A program made the translations under genes and the position numbers. Below the pieces are notes generated by a model. It was not told the DNA's origin, ran no database searches, and was given only the letters and a program-made list of their open reading frames with translations. From Peribolospora baueri (lineage: Eukaryota), in contig JAMDHS010000010.1 in the NCBI GenBank assembly GCA_029717555.1, positions 124,001 to 188,000 on the forward strand: a stretch of 64,000 nt of DNA. Direction: 5' to 3'. Numbering within the stretch: the stretch's first letter is position 1; each line of letters opens with the position of its first letter. This document shows, piece by piece, positions 52,801 to 64,000 of this stretch.

Positions 52801-53134
52801 GGCGTCGCATGGGAACAGACACAGACGAAGATGAGGACGCGTCGACGACGTCGGCCCGCGGCTGTTCCGTCGTTGTCGCCCTCCGAGATCGTTTATGAGC
52901 GGGCAAGTTCATGCGAGCGTCAGAGGGGGAGAAAGAAGGTGGTGGGAGAGAGCTTGAAGACGCGGCGAGAAAGCCTTGGGCGTTCTGGATGGCGTGTAGC
53001 GAGGGTGGAGCGGTCCGCGGTGGCGGGAGGCGGCAGGTCGTCTGCGGAGTAAACGCGAGCTGCGGGCCATGATCGTCGTCGTCGCCCATAGCCGGCGAGA
53101 GGCGAGGTGGTGGTGGAAGGCAGGGGCGTCGCAA
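49820..53134 (-). CDS. Large hypothetical membrane protein (true start uncertain, probably an internal ATG)
   Basis: 1104-aa intronless ORF. Hydrophobic signal-like segment (PLTFFATTLALAV), TM helix IIITSVVLSSFIVATIIASVLV followed by RRKK, and a long disordered tail. Confidence 0.75.
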   Translation of the reverse strand: MRRPCLPPPPRLSPAMGDDDDHGPQLAFTPQTTCRLPPPRTAPPSLHAIQNAQGFLAASSSSLPPPSFSPSDARMNLPAHKRSRRATTTEQPRADVVDASSSSSVSVPMRRRHPFSPLTFFATTLALAVDSSLLGHVRAAPTSPTQVDVEDSKGKRRALDVVDNAWHRRPQDSTASERRKHDEAVLAAESNFWSSPSAPIPTVLPRLVNEHIPTPSSSYTPAYPFISRPTKSPSLDASINLAEMPHQVISQFSGVSTAALHATSIPAGWQPNDRTKFYDSRSIIITSVVLSSFIVATIIASVLVRRKKAIKKKSARDKDKLGDVGRDGEDADGDGLETGTGKARGKSKGRNRWRDGLDRLRRSSRRRADHDRSDSGSDTEDEKDRRRSGAKKSSGRMVRSVGALRRRVRRKARRSTVVVEEVIEQDGRTVQGEATAARRRRVSRVSRANDGSGRLGSLDDETDSPSLRRSTSTRTTVTRPSFDRQSNRSPRPTVTGGLSLPTVNNPLDTGSVYSFHSGRSRRGVDVGEFLLDPASRDSMVDLRLAGVPVSSTAAAAGVDRGGRSGASGLSGMSNLASFTTHAPAAIAVAPNVIPQFPPAYRPTAVVLQSTTRLDAAALERGSQGRRTARAVDGAEHGYVSFSRPGSVFGQVDSDGDAEAIVRRRREAEAMGFGRVSSREERGDFRDPLLESGAPAAGDVKRRCAEMTVAAGGGISSNGISGTRRTHSLDAPGLDHAFLAGDPSVLDDLSLPSSPPPDPYATSSSTDVPAASTATTAHIATDEKAVLRQISTGGSVPPVQRPFTRGPAQERWASGQGHCGVEEEGDAASGHDGSGAPSAPPLFVDEDGFERAVEDDISFGHCNSGIANSSSRVVFPSSSSPPAVARCVDKGKGVLPAPPEPLAPTFSPFDQPYRPRSSPTSSLFSSASPSSSGATRHGAAHSRSTDSIPSAPPMPGEDDESSATTTSTGSYSSSFPPLSSSFDSATGKTAGSRYSTSSSSRPPSSFPPPPWCKEEGVVTSWTGEEAAARQAARSEKDREYEAERLAALRLIASSPHELDAAPPSHACMAVPLLPAYASAPPADEVEVDVEAPEYEGHVVSGPGRV

Positions 53135-54016
53135 CGAACAGTGTTAGGTGTCGGTGCAACTGCCTTTCCTTGGTGTTGATGAGAAGGGGATGGAGGGAGT
53201 GAAGGAAGGGTTAGGTCGTCGTCGATGGCGAGGCGAACGACGGACGGACGATGGTTCCGGCTGACACCCCCGGCGTCTCCTCCCGGCACCAGCGTTGCTA
53301 AAAATGCCAACACCCGGCACGTGACTCGGCTGTTCCCCCGCACCGCCGCCGCCTCGGCGTGCTTCCGGCCAGGCCAGGCGAGAGATAACACCGCTCCTTC
53401 TAACAATAGTCCGGGATGACTACGTCTTCATCGCCGTCCTTCACTTCCTTCACTCCAGCTTGGACCGAGCCCAGACTGGGCAGGCGCGCGGTTTGTCGTA
53501 GTCGTCGTCGAGCGCCGAGCCCCGACAATGTGCAAATCTATCTTGATCCACCATTGTACGTCGCTGGTAATCAATCACAGCAACACCCGATCGCCCCGCC
53601 CCGGGCACTCCATCCTTTTGTTCACAGTCAGTGGCTTATATCTTCCATTACAGCGTGCATGTTCTTTTCTTTGAAGGTACAGACGATGACCGGGATGCAA
53701 AATGATGTGCACGTGCGAGTCTTGGGTGCACGCGTTGCCAACGCCGTGCAAGGCAAGCAGCGTTAGGAAAGGCAAGAGAAGACGAGATGAGGGACCGAGG
53801 GCGCAAAGACGGCGTGCGTGATCGCGCGCTGACGGCCGTGTCGAGAGCGTTCTCCCAACTGCTCACAGACAGAGTTGCCCCAGGCAAGCACGTCGGCAAG
53901 CAGGCGAACCATCGCTGACAGCGGCCGCAGAATCGAACTCAGAACGTTGCAGGCGCGTATCAGTTCCCCGAGATGGCCAAGCAGGTCCGCTCACGCCGTC
54001 GACGCGCTTTCAGAAG

Positions 54017-56029
54017 TCAAAATGAGACGAAGCGCTTGGGATCCAGTTTGGAAATATCCGCACTGGTGCTCTTGCCGTCCAGTATGAGCTCGGCCAGCAC
54101 CTTGCCGGTTCCTGTGCGATGAGGCATGGGAAAGACAACGGGATGGCCGCCAAAACATGAGCAAATCACATAGACAGGCTGGCACTTGCAGTTATGGATG
54201 GTCGAAGTCCTGGGGAATGGTTCAACAGGACCTAGCTCGCCGAATCCTCACCCGGAGCTAGAGTGATACCCTGAATGTATTAATGACAGAAAAAGTAAAT
54301 TCTCAGATCCGGGCACCCAACATTGACCAAAGCTGTGGATACCTGGAAACATGTGCGGACAGGCAGAAAGGTGACTCTCCCAACTCACCCAAGGTCCGTG
54401 ACCGGTAGCAACATACAGGCCGTCGATCAAGCCTGGCACCTTCCCGACCACGGGCGCAGAGTCGACTGTGAATGGACGGTAACAGAGCTAGCGCGACCGA
54501 TTGGGTTGCGAAGGGAGTACAGAGTCAGGTAGCATGGAACGATAAGAGGAGAAGGAAGAGCCAGGGTCAGGTCGACACTGCGAAAGATTTGATGGGAAGC
54601 AAAACGAAGAAGGGAACAAACGGTTTTGGCGGTGTTGCCTTGTCTGCCCTTCTGTTCCTCTCACCTGCTTTTTTACCACCTCTCCCTTCCCCATCTCCAC
54701 ACTCAACAGCCTTGCCGCCCTTTCCAGCCTCTCACACCCCTCTTCATCCACACCCACCTCTTCCGCGTTGCGCGGCAAAGGCCCTGCTTCGTTGTCGCCG
54801 GCGACGTACACCTCTCCGTCCGGCCGGGAGAAGATCTCCGGGCTGGGCGTTAGCACGTGGCCTGCGTCATTGCCGTTCTTATACGAGCGAGGGGTGAGGA
54901 TGTCGGCAAAGACAGCATGGGCGGGTAGAGCTCGCGTGGGACGGATGAGGATGGAAGAGCCAGGGAGGTAGGTGCAGGCTTTCGAGAGTTGGGACAGGGC
55001 CCGGTGAGTGGTGGAAGAGGAAGAGATGGAGGTAGGAAAGAGCGAGCCTAGGACGCCGCCCGTCCAAGGTCCCGCGGTAACGAGAAGGTGGGTAGCAGGC
55101 AGGGTGTGATTTGCTTCTTCCCCGGTCCGTTGCTTCTCCACCACCACCACGCCCGTCAGCTTTCCCTTCTTCTCCTCTCCATTCCCGCCGCTCTCCTTCT
55201 CATCGAAAACGGCATACGCTGCCCTTCCTTTAATGAGCCTGACCCCGCTCGTTTCGGCCATCTCCCACAAAGACCTCGTGAACAGCTTGGGATGCACCTG
55301 TGCCGTGTCCTCGGGCCCTCCGATGTCGTTCACGCTGGACCGCCCACCAAGAAGGGAGCGCTCATCCAGCCAGTCTATTTCCCCTTCGCCTCGCCGGGAG
55401 GGCTTGGGTCGGAACTCGTACTCGGCCAGGACCGGGTTGGGTTTCCCCCCGTCTACTAGGTCTTCCTCGTCGCCTTGAGACAGAGAAGAAGAAGACGAGA
55501 AAGGATCGGAACGAGCGACTGCGCGGACGCTTACGCTGCGCACCTCTCGGAATCCCCATCGAGCCCGTCCGTCATGGTCAGCAGCGAGCTGAGTGTGTAG
55601 CGCGTACGAGAGCTGGCCGAGAGAGGCGGTTCGAGGGCCATGCCACGACTCGGCTAGGAAGCTGTGCGAACGAGAAGAGAGCGAGCAAAAAGACCAAAGG
55701 GGTTTGAGTGATCGGTGGTCAAGCACGATCGACGATTACCCCGGCGGCGGAGAGAGAGTAATACATGAGAAGTATTTGATAAGCGAAGCGACTCTCAGTT
55801 CCACTCATTCCACTCACCCAGCCGCCTTCCCACTCGCAGCAGCAGCTATCTCGCTCTCCTCCACCAGCGTCACCGTCAACCTCCCACCCTTCTTTGCCTC
55901 GTCGGCCGCGTCATAGGCGGAAGGGAACCGCTGGTGACGGGACAGATAATAGGCTGCACAGACACCTACGATGCCGCCGCCTATTATTACTATGTCAGTC
56001 GGTGTGTCGGGAGACGTGGCGGGGGACAT
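54017..56029 (-). CDS. FAD-dependent oxidoreductase, DAO family (Tda3/Btn3-like), 5 exons
   Basis: DIVIIGGGIVGVCAAYYL (GxGxxG), AASGKAAG|FLA, AQVHPKLFT, AGPWTG, SPEIFSRPDGEVY, Q|LCYRP, ATGHGPW|GITLAP|GTGKVLAELILDGK..ADISKLDP. Confidence 0.9.
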
Positions 56030-56947
56030 GGCTTATGGGTCGATGCGAGCTGGGGGAAGATGGAGCGGAAGTCAAAAATGCGGGGCCACCCTCCGTCTGC
56101 GCCCAAAGCCAGTCATATCCTCTACTTGCTCTAATAATGCAGGCACGGGAGCGCCTCAGGATGACGGATGAAGAGCCTGATGACATCGTCTGCGGATGGA
56201 CGAAGGTGCCCCCGTTCTCTTTCTTTGAAGGGGAAATGGACAACTTTGTCCTTCGAGGCCCGTCCAGCCATGCTAACATCGCCGGCCGAAGCTCTGGTAA
56301 AAGCTGGCGTCAGCCACTTGGGAGCCCATCCGCAGAAGCCACGGTTCGAATCGACATGATTGCTGTTCGACGAGCCTCTCTAATCATGCTTAGCGACAAC
56401 AAGGATGGCTGGTGGCCGTCTCCGGGGAGCGAATCAGTACTGCATGTACATCGCTGGACCATCTCTCCGACGAGAAGAAGGGTCGTGGCTTGTATGGGCT
56501 GGGGGAAATCGCGTTTTGCGGGTCTGGGTCATGTTTTCGGCCAGGTAGGCGGACGGGACGCCATCTGAGGGCCTTATTTTCCCGCTTTGGGTCGGGCGGC
56601 GACCTGGTCGAGGCAAATATTTCCAGCAGCACCCTCCGTCATGGTGCCCGGGACTACACTCTGAACGAGGCCTTTGGCCTGGGCCATTACGTTGAGGGGG
56701 AGGAGGTAAAGAGCTCAAACGAAGTCTATATTGCGAGAGGAGATACTGACTAGTAGCACTAGAAATACGTGGTAACAAGACAAGCCAAACAGCCCCATCA
56801 GCACCAACTTCACCATTATACGCATGCCTGCGTGGGTGGGTGTGTCCATTACCCTATCACGTCACTTCGCATCGCCGCTATTCCCCCCTCCCCCACGTCC
56901 GACCGAAAGCGAGAAGGATCGTCGGCTGACAGCTAAGAGATCACAGA

Positions 56948-58991
56948 TCACAGCTTAGCGGTAAGCTTCGGCACGTCCTGCCCCTCATAAGCGATCCGGT
57001 ACACCGCATCGAAAAGCGGATAAGCGTCGACGCGTCCGCGAGCTTTGAGGAACTCGTGAATCTCCTTGGCCGTCTTGGTGCCCTGGAGCTTCTGACCGTT
57101 GAGAAGCTCCTGCTCCAGGACGTCAAAGGGCTGGTTGGATGGAGAAGGGAAAAAATTGTCAGGAAGGGAAGGAGGCGAAAGGCATGGACGAAACTACAAG
57201 CTCACTTTTCCGGTCTTGACAAACGCCTCGGCGCACCGTCGGTTACGCCCCCCGGAGCAGGTGGTGATAAGATCGGCAAGTCCGGCGCTCTCTTGGAAAA
57301 ACGTCTGGGGCTTGACACCGTCGAAGAACTCTTCACAGAAGCGACGCATCTCCACCAGGCCGATGCGCATGATGGCGGCTGAAAATGAGATGTGGCAAGG
57401 AGCGAGAAAGAAAGGAGTGAGGGCAGCCGACGGATGTCAGGCTTGTATGGACAGTTTTCGTTGACGGCCCGCGGAGGTCAGCTCACCTTTAGAATTGTCA
57501 CCCCATCTATAAAGACATACCCGTTGAAGCGCGGGATAACGATGAGTCGATCGAGCTCGTGCAAATCCCGCTGACCCTCGCTGCCCACATGTGGACAGGC
57601 GCACTCACCCCAATCCATCCACGAAACCGGCTGCTACGGCGACAATGTTCTTGAGCGCCCCACACAAGCTCACGCCCGCGACGTCTTCGATGAGCCCCAC
57701 GCGAAAGTTCGGCGTCTCGAACAGAAGCTTGAAAAGCTCGCCGGACACACTGTCGCCCTCGCGATAGCCGACTGTGGTCTCAGAGAACTTGTCTTCCGCG
57801 ACTGTGAGAGGGGAGGGCGACGAGCGCGCGAGGGAAATAGAGGTAGTGAGAGAGCAATCACGGTTGCGAATCGAGGGGAAAGAAATGGAAGCAAGAGTAA
57901 GCACTCACCTTCGTTGGCGATGTTGGCACCGGAAAGGGCGCAGCAGTTGATGCCGAGAATGCTCTGAATGACGTCTGCGAAGATGCGGATCTCGCCGGCC
58001 TTCACGTCCACACCCTGTCCAAAGATCACGAATAGGAAGGACGTGGGTATGCATGGTCTACGGAAAGCAAGCGAGAGAAGGGTGCGGAAGGCAAGCTAAC
58101 GAACTAGTGGCTCGTGCCTAAATACCACTCACCTTGGCGAGCGAGATAGCCCTTGCGCCCTTCGACAGCTTACCCTTGAGCTTCTTGCACGTGTCCGGAA
58201 GGAACTGAAAGGACACAGAGGTCACGACATGCCACGGTCAGTCTCCGTGAATAAAAGAAGTGAGCAAGAACAAATTTGCCCCGGCCATCCAAGCAGGCTC
58301 ACCTGATGCGGCAGCACGAACACGATCAGGGTCGCTCCCTCCACCGCCTTGAGCAAATCCGGCTCGGCTACCACGTTCTTGCCGAGTGACACTCCAGGCA
58401 AGTACTTCGGGTTCTCGTGCGTTTTATTGATGACAGCCGTCAACGGTCGGCCTTTGTACTGGTCGGAGGAAGTTGCGATTGAGCCATGGGGACGGAGTCA
58501 GGGCGATTTCGAACATGCCAAGGAAAGCAAAATGGGGATCTAAGATCTCGGGAATGGAGCCGGATAGAATACTCACATCTTCCTCAAAGACCCACATCGG
58601 TACGCGCTCTTCGAAGACGTCCTTGTGTCTTCGAGCATTGATGCCTGTCGAACCAGGGCGGGACAGCAGATAACGGATAAGTATAGGGATTCAAACGAGC
58701 GCATGAATGCGGTTCAAGACGGTGTAACGAATCCCATGACGAGAGGAGGGGGGGTAGAATGGCTCACCTGCGATGCGGGCAATAGTGCATCCCCTGTTTG
58801 GAAGGAGGTAACGAAGACTGAGGTCAGCAGACGCCCTCATGTTCCATCTCTTAACCGAGGAAAGCGACTCTGCAAAAGCTCCTTCGCTGAGGACGAGGTA
58901 CCTCAAGCAGCACTGGGCCGTCGTCCTCCAAGACCTTGCTTACTCACCAGTTTCCTGAGCCGACGATGGCGACCTTTTCCTTGCCGCCCAT
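56948..58991 (-). CDS. GPD1: NAD-dependent glycerol-3-phosphate dehydrogenase, multi-exon
   Basis: [91 protein letters not shown]. Confidence 0.96.
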
Positions 58992-59558
58992 GGTCACGAA
59001 GCTCTTGCGGGGGGACGAGAGCGAGGGACGAGCGAGAGTGGCGGAGAGGCGTCGATCGAGAGGGGCGCAGCTGGGGTGAGACTGTGTGAGATGCTCTTGT
59101 TGGGGCGAAGGGCAAAAAGTTGGGCGGATGATCGGAAGATGATCGACGGCTCGACGTCGACAGCGGGCGATCGAGCGTGCGGAAGAGGGAAGAACAGAAA
59201 AGAGGGACGCGAGGCGGGGCGATGGTGACCGTGAAATAGGAAGAGGGAAGAGCATGGAGGAGGACGGGAGACGATAGAGGGAGAACGGGATGTATAAGTT
59301 CGGTATCGATGGGAGTTTATTCCACCACCACCATCATCATCATCATCATCTTCATCTTCATCACCACCATCGATCCGGATCTCGACGAGGCCGAGCGACA
59401 ATCGGCATTCCATTCACCGACTTCGTCCTTCTCACATTCGACCAACTTCCGGCTCGTCTCGCGCCGGCCACGTGGAGTGCTGCGGCTCACGCGTCGCTCC
59501 CTATGTCTCGCGCGGACTATCTTCAATACCACCACCCAAGCCCGTTCCCTTTGAGCCC

Positions 59559-62426
59559 ATGTCCGATGCTCGAGCAGATCAGCAACGCACGCTGAACGAC
59601 TCGCTTCGTCCGGAGCCTCACACTGGACTCCCCGTTGCCGGGAGCAACGGCCACGGCAGGCGACAGGGGCGCGATGCGTCCAGCGTCTCGATAGGAGAGA
59701 GCCCCGAGGACGAGTACGACGAGCTGGGCGAAGACGACGAGGACGAAGACGAGGACGAGGAGGAGGACGAAACGGAGAGCGAGGTGCTGGATGAGGAGCT
59801 TACCAGCGAATGGCTACACTCGTTGTCGGAGGGGGAAGGCGAGACGAGGTCGCCGAACGGCAAGCGAGGCCAGCGGTCCTCACCACCGACGTCCTCTCGC
59901 GACTCAGATGAGGACGAGGAGGATGAAGAGGACGAAGTGGACGGAAACGAGGAGCAGGATCAAGATCTCCTGTGGGACCTTGATCCTAAGATCCTGGAAC
60001 AGGCTCTAGCTGGCCAGGGCGCGTCTTCTCTCACCAACCTCGCCAACCTCGACCCTAACCTGGCGGGCGACCGTACCCTGCTCGACCATCTCGAAGCGCT
60101 CAGGGCTTACTTCGGCACAAGCACGGGGACGAGAACTGGTGTGGACGATGCAACAGCTCAGACAAAGGCAACGGGGGCGAACACTAAGTCGCATTCTACC
60201 TCAAGCATGTCCGCGTGCACCGGCAACAAGCTACAGCAGCAGCAGTCGTCCGCATCTTCTCCTCTCCTCTCTGCCCAAGACCGCCTTGTCTCCACTCCTC
60301 CGGCACCCGTATTTTCAAATTTGCCACGTGCCGCTACTTCGTACTCCTCTCCCCTTTCGAAGAGCTCCAATCGAGCTCCACCGTTAGCGATGGCGGCCTC
60401 GGCTTCCCAAAGCATTCCTAATCTTCAAAGCGTTCTGGATCTCCTCTCCTCCGCGGATCCTGAAGAAGTGGAAGTGGGTCGCTCTAGTTTCGTTTGTCGT
60501 TTCGCTTCGGTTCGGTCGTCATGAGGGTTTCGTTCTGACTCGTTCCCTCCGTTCACACGCACATAGACCACCCTCGACCAACTCATCTCACAGAACATTG
60601 ATCCCGTCCTCCACGCCCAAATCAGCTATATCCGCTCCTATTACGTTGATCAGCGGAGACGGCAGGCGCTGGAGAGTGCAGCGGCAGGGAAGGGCACAAG
60701 CGACTCGGTCGTAGGGGCGAATGGGGACTCGGTCAAGCCACCCAACGGACAGACGGCTGGTGGCGCTTTGTCTTTGGTTCCTTCCCTGTCCTCAGCAGCA
60801 CACGGCGTTGTACCGTTCGCCCACCTCCAATTCGACGACGATGACGACGACGACAGCGATCCCGACTGGATGCCGGAGGGGTGGGCGCAGGCAATGCGGG
60901 ATGTTTTGGGAGACACCAAGAAGACGAACACGGCCGGCCTGAAGCACGACGGGACAGGTTTTCCGACGTCAGGCGGCGCTTTGTCGTTTCCAACCATGGA
61001 TGAGACGGGCAACGCACGACCGGCATCGTCGCCCCCCGTGGCGCGATCAGCCAGCGGCGTCCCGAGGGGCGGCATGTATGGGGACAATGGCGCCGAGGCG
61101 GGTCCGAGCCGACCACTGACGAACTTGACCGTTTCAAGCGCAAGGACGACCGATTCGAACGTCGTGGGCGCGGATTTGAGTATGGAGATGGGCATGGATG
61201 TGGACATGGACGTGGACGTGGACGTGGGTGCGAACAGCGCGACACCAGAGCCAGTTGCGTCTTTCTCTTCGGTCGGCGGTGCCAATACTGGATCGGGCGC
61301 TGACGCAGGACAGCATCAACAGCAGCAGCAGCAGCAGCAAGCAGGACAACGCCTGGAGTTGTCGCCGGCCCGAAAACGGGGTCGGAAGAAAATCTTCACC
61401 CAAGAGGCGGCAGAGGCGCGTCGGAGGGAACGAAACAAGATCAACGCTCGGAACAGGAGAGCGAGGATCAAGCAGGAAAAGTTGCAGAGGCTGGCGACGG
61501 AGAAGGAGAGCGGCAAGGGCGGAGTGGGTGCGGGTGCCGACGGCAACGGCGACGGCACAGTCGCCGTCGGGATGAACGTGAGCGACGCGAGCACCAAGGG
61601 CAAGGAGCGACTGGGGGCGGGGCCGGCGGACGTGGCGATGGGAGAGTTAGAGGGAGGAGGAGGGCTACCGGGGGCGTCGGCGTCATATGACCGGCAGGAG
61701 CAAGAGCACTCGGATTATTCCATGTCGGCCTCGTCTTCTCATCCGGCTCCCCATCCTCGCCTCCATCTCCATCCTCCTCACTACCATCGGCTCAGCCGCT
61801 CCGCCTCGGCGATCCCGCGCCCCTCGTCGTCGTCGTCGCCGTATCCGATTGGCACGCACATGGCCGCGCCCGTCTCGGCGTCACTCGATCCGCTAGAGGA
61901 GGAACTGGAGGACGCATGGGCGGAGGTGGAGTGGTTGGAGAGGGAGAACGCGAGGCTGGCTAGGGAGAATCGGAGGTTGAGGAGGGAGAACGAGGCGATG
62001 AGGAGGATGATGTTTGATGATGAGGAAGAGGAGGAGGAGGCGGGGTGGGAGAGGAGGAGGGCGCGGTTCGACGGAGACGGCCAGGGCGAGGAGGAGCAGC
62101 GCGAGCGCGAGCGCGATCGCTTCCTCACCTCTCGCAGTCGGATGCTTGCCGGCGGGATGAGGCGAACGACGACGCGAGGGGGGCGAGGTAGTAGTAGTAG
62201 TGGTGGTGTTGGTGATGGCGGCGCGGCGTCCAGCGGCACTGGGTGGTCCTCCGACCGCGGGCGAAGGACATGGAGCTTGGAAGGTCGTGGCGAGCGGCTT
62301 CCGAGGGCCGCGGCCGCCAGCAGCAGCGGCGGAGGAGGTGGCGGTGGCGCGAGCGCTCTCACCGTCGGTCACCGCGGGGGCATGGAGAGCATGAAGGCTC
62401 TGGAGGGAGGCGGTATTCCGGCGTAG
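59559..62426 (+). CDS. bZIP-like transcription factor, 2 exons (intron about 60474-60566)
   Basis: Acidic N-terminus, basic region KRGRKKIFTQEAAEARRRERNKINARNRRARIK, and distal heptads VEWLERENARLARENRRLRRENEAM. The intron joins ORFs 59472-60524 and 60768-62426 in frame. Confidence 0.75.
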
Positions 62427-62558
62427 TGTCTTGTCTGCATGCGCACGTGCGCTCATGTTTTTTTATCCATCTATCTTCATCGTCCATTCGGTGCACCGGT
62501 CTACGATTTTTCATGTCCGGACATGGTGTCCTGTCCGTCACACTGGTCATGTCGGTCC

Positions 62559-62600
62559 CTACTACTACCACTACTACCACTACTACCACTACTACCACCA
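62559..62600. repeat. (CTACTACCA)n 9-mer tandem repeat
   Basis: Seen directly, 3' of the bZIP-like gene. Confidence 0.85.
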
Positions 62601-64000
62601 GCGTCATTTCATTCATTCCCACCCTTTCCATCTGATGATGCGTAAGTCGGTCGTGTAATGTGACGGGGCGAGAGGGGGGATATGGCCCGTGCCCGTGCCC
62701 CAGCCGCCGACGGGCGACGATCGAATGAATCACAGACGGGCTCGCAATGACGTTGCTGAGCCGGAATGGGACGTGATGATGACGAGTCCGGCGAACAGGT
62801 GGAGCTATCCGTCTTTCTGTCTGTATTTATGTATGTATGTCGCTCGGCGGCCATGGTGCGCAAGGCGCGCGCTTCTGCATCGACTGGAATGCTCGAGGTG
62901 GTGGTGCATGTATGTCGCGCGGGAAGACGTGTGATGTGTCGATGTCCCTCGGAACACCCGCGTGCGCTCCGAGCGACGGGCGGTGGAGCCGGGCGAGGGT
63001 TCGGAAAGACGGAGGGCTAACGAAGGTTGCCACCACCCATCCGACCATCGCCGCCGTCCCATCTCCTTGCAGGAGGGAGCGAAGCTGGAACAGCCACGGG
63101 GCTCCTTTAGTTCGACACCGCCCGGCCCGGCCAGCTGGGGCGCACGGGGCACGTGACTGAAGTCGAACTGGGTCCGTGCTTGAGCTCCACCCTTCCCTGC
63201 CTCCCTTGGGGCCGGCCCGCAGCGAGGCTTTGGCTAGCTCGGGCACCAACTATAGCGGCAAAGGTCAAAAAGAAAATAGAAAAAGGGTAATGGCAAACGG
63301 AAGACGGAATGGGCAAACGGAAATGGGCGATGGCCAAGCGCAAAGGGCAAAGGTTGCCTCCGACCGCGCGCTGATCCCTTCCTCCTTCCTCTCTCCTTCC
63401 TCCTCCGCTTTGCGCCTTCCCACCCCATCCTTCTGGATCCATTTCCCTCTCGAGACCTTTTTTTTCTTCTCTTCCTTCGCTTCGCTTCTCTTCTCCCCGC
63501 GCAAATGCGATGCGATGCGATGCGGTCGATGCGTAGATCCTCGGATGCCGTTAGAAAGACGGTAAAGTATATCCTTGCTTCTTCGCCTGGCCTTGCTCCC
63601 ATTGCGCCACCCCAAACCTATCTCCCCCGCTCCGCGGCCGAGAAGGAGACCAGCGAAGGACGGCAAGCGCCGTGGTCCCCCTTCCCCGTCCAACGTAGCC
63701 GTGGCCAGTCTGGCTAGCGAGCTCGCTAGCTAGCTGGCTCGCCGACACGACGGCGACAGACCGGCCCAGTGCAAGTCGACTCGACTCGACTCGAGTCCAC
63801 TCCACTCCGCTCCGGCCAGCCCGCCTGTCCGTCTGGTCAGCCGATTTGCGGTGCGGTGCGGCGGAAAGGGCTCGGTAAGAGGACTGAGATGGATCGATCT
63901 ACATCCTCCTCCGCCTGCAGGCCATCGTAGCGTGGTCTCGTCGTGGTTGCTTCGCGCGCTGGTCCGTTTGCTCGTTCCCTCGCTCTCTGTGCTGTGCCTC

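Overview
Eukaryotic, GC-rich, intron-containing fungal DNA. The gene set, GTGAG/GTGCG donors, CTGAC/CTCAC branch sites, ~90-150 nt introns and CenH3 C-terminus suggest a basidiomycete, possibly a tremellomycete yeast (inference). About 20 protein genes can be assembled by hand: a Zn2Cys6 transcription factor, a PCD-like protein, CenH3/CSE4, cytidine deaminase, farnesyltransferase beta, a bacterial-type 4,5-dihydroxyphthalate-decarboxylase-like gene, an atypical Rab, mitochondrial bL12, a PPR protein, AMMECR1, RTF1, a probable GPI protein, a DAO-family oxidoreductase, GPD1 and a bZIP-like factor. The most unusual part is 10.9-17.5 kb. It holds a run of apparently decaying genes (a small stress-type protein, a phenolic acid decarboxylase, a very divergent H2B and possibly a head-to-head H2A-like remnant) directly beside an intact centromeric histone gene. 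The decarboxylase-like gene at 24-26 kb appears to need a 2-nt micro-exon. No rRNA, tRNA, CRISPR or recognisable transposon was seen. Exon boundaries and family calls come from manual reading and motif recall, not from database searches.
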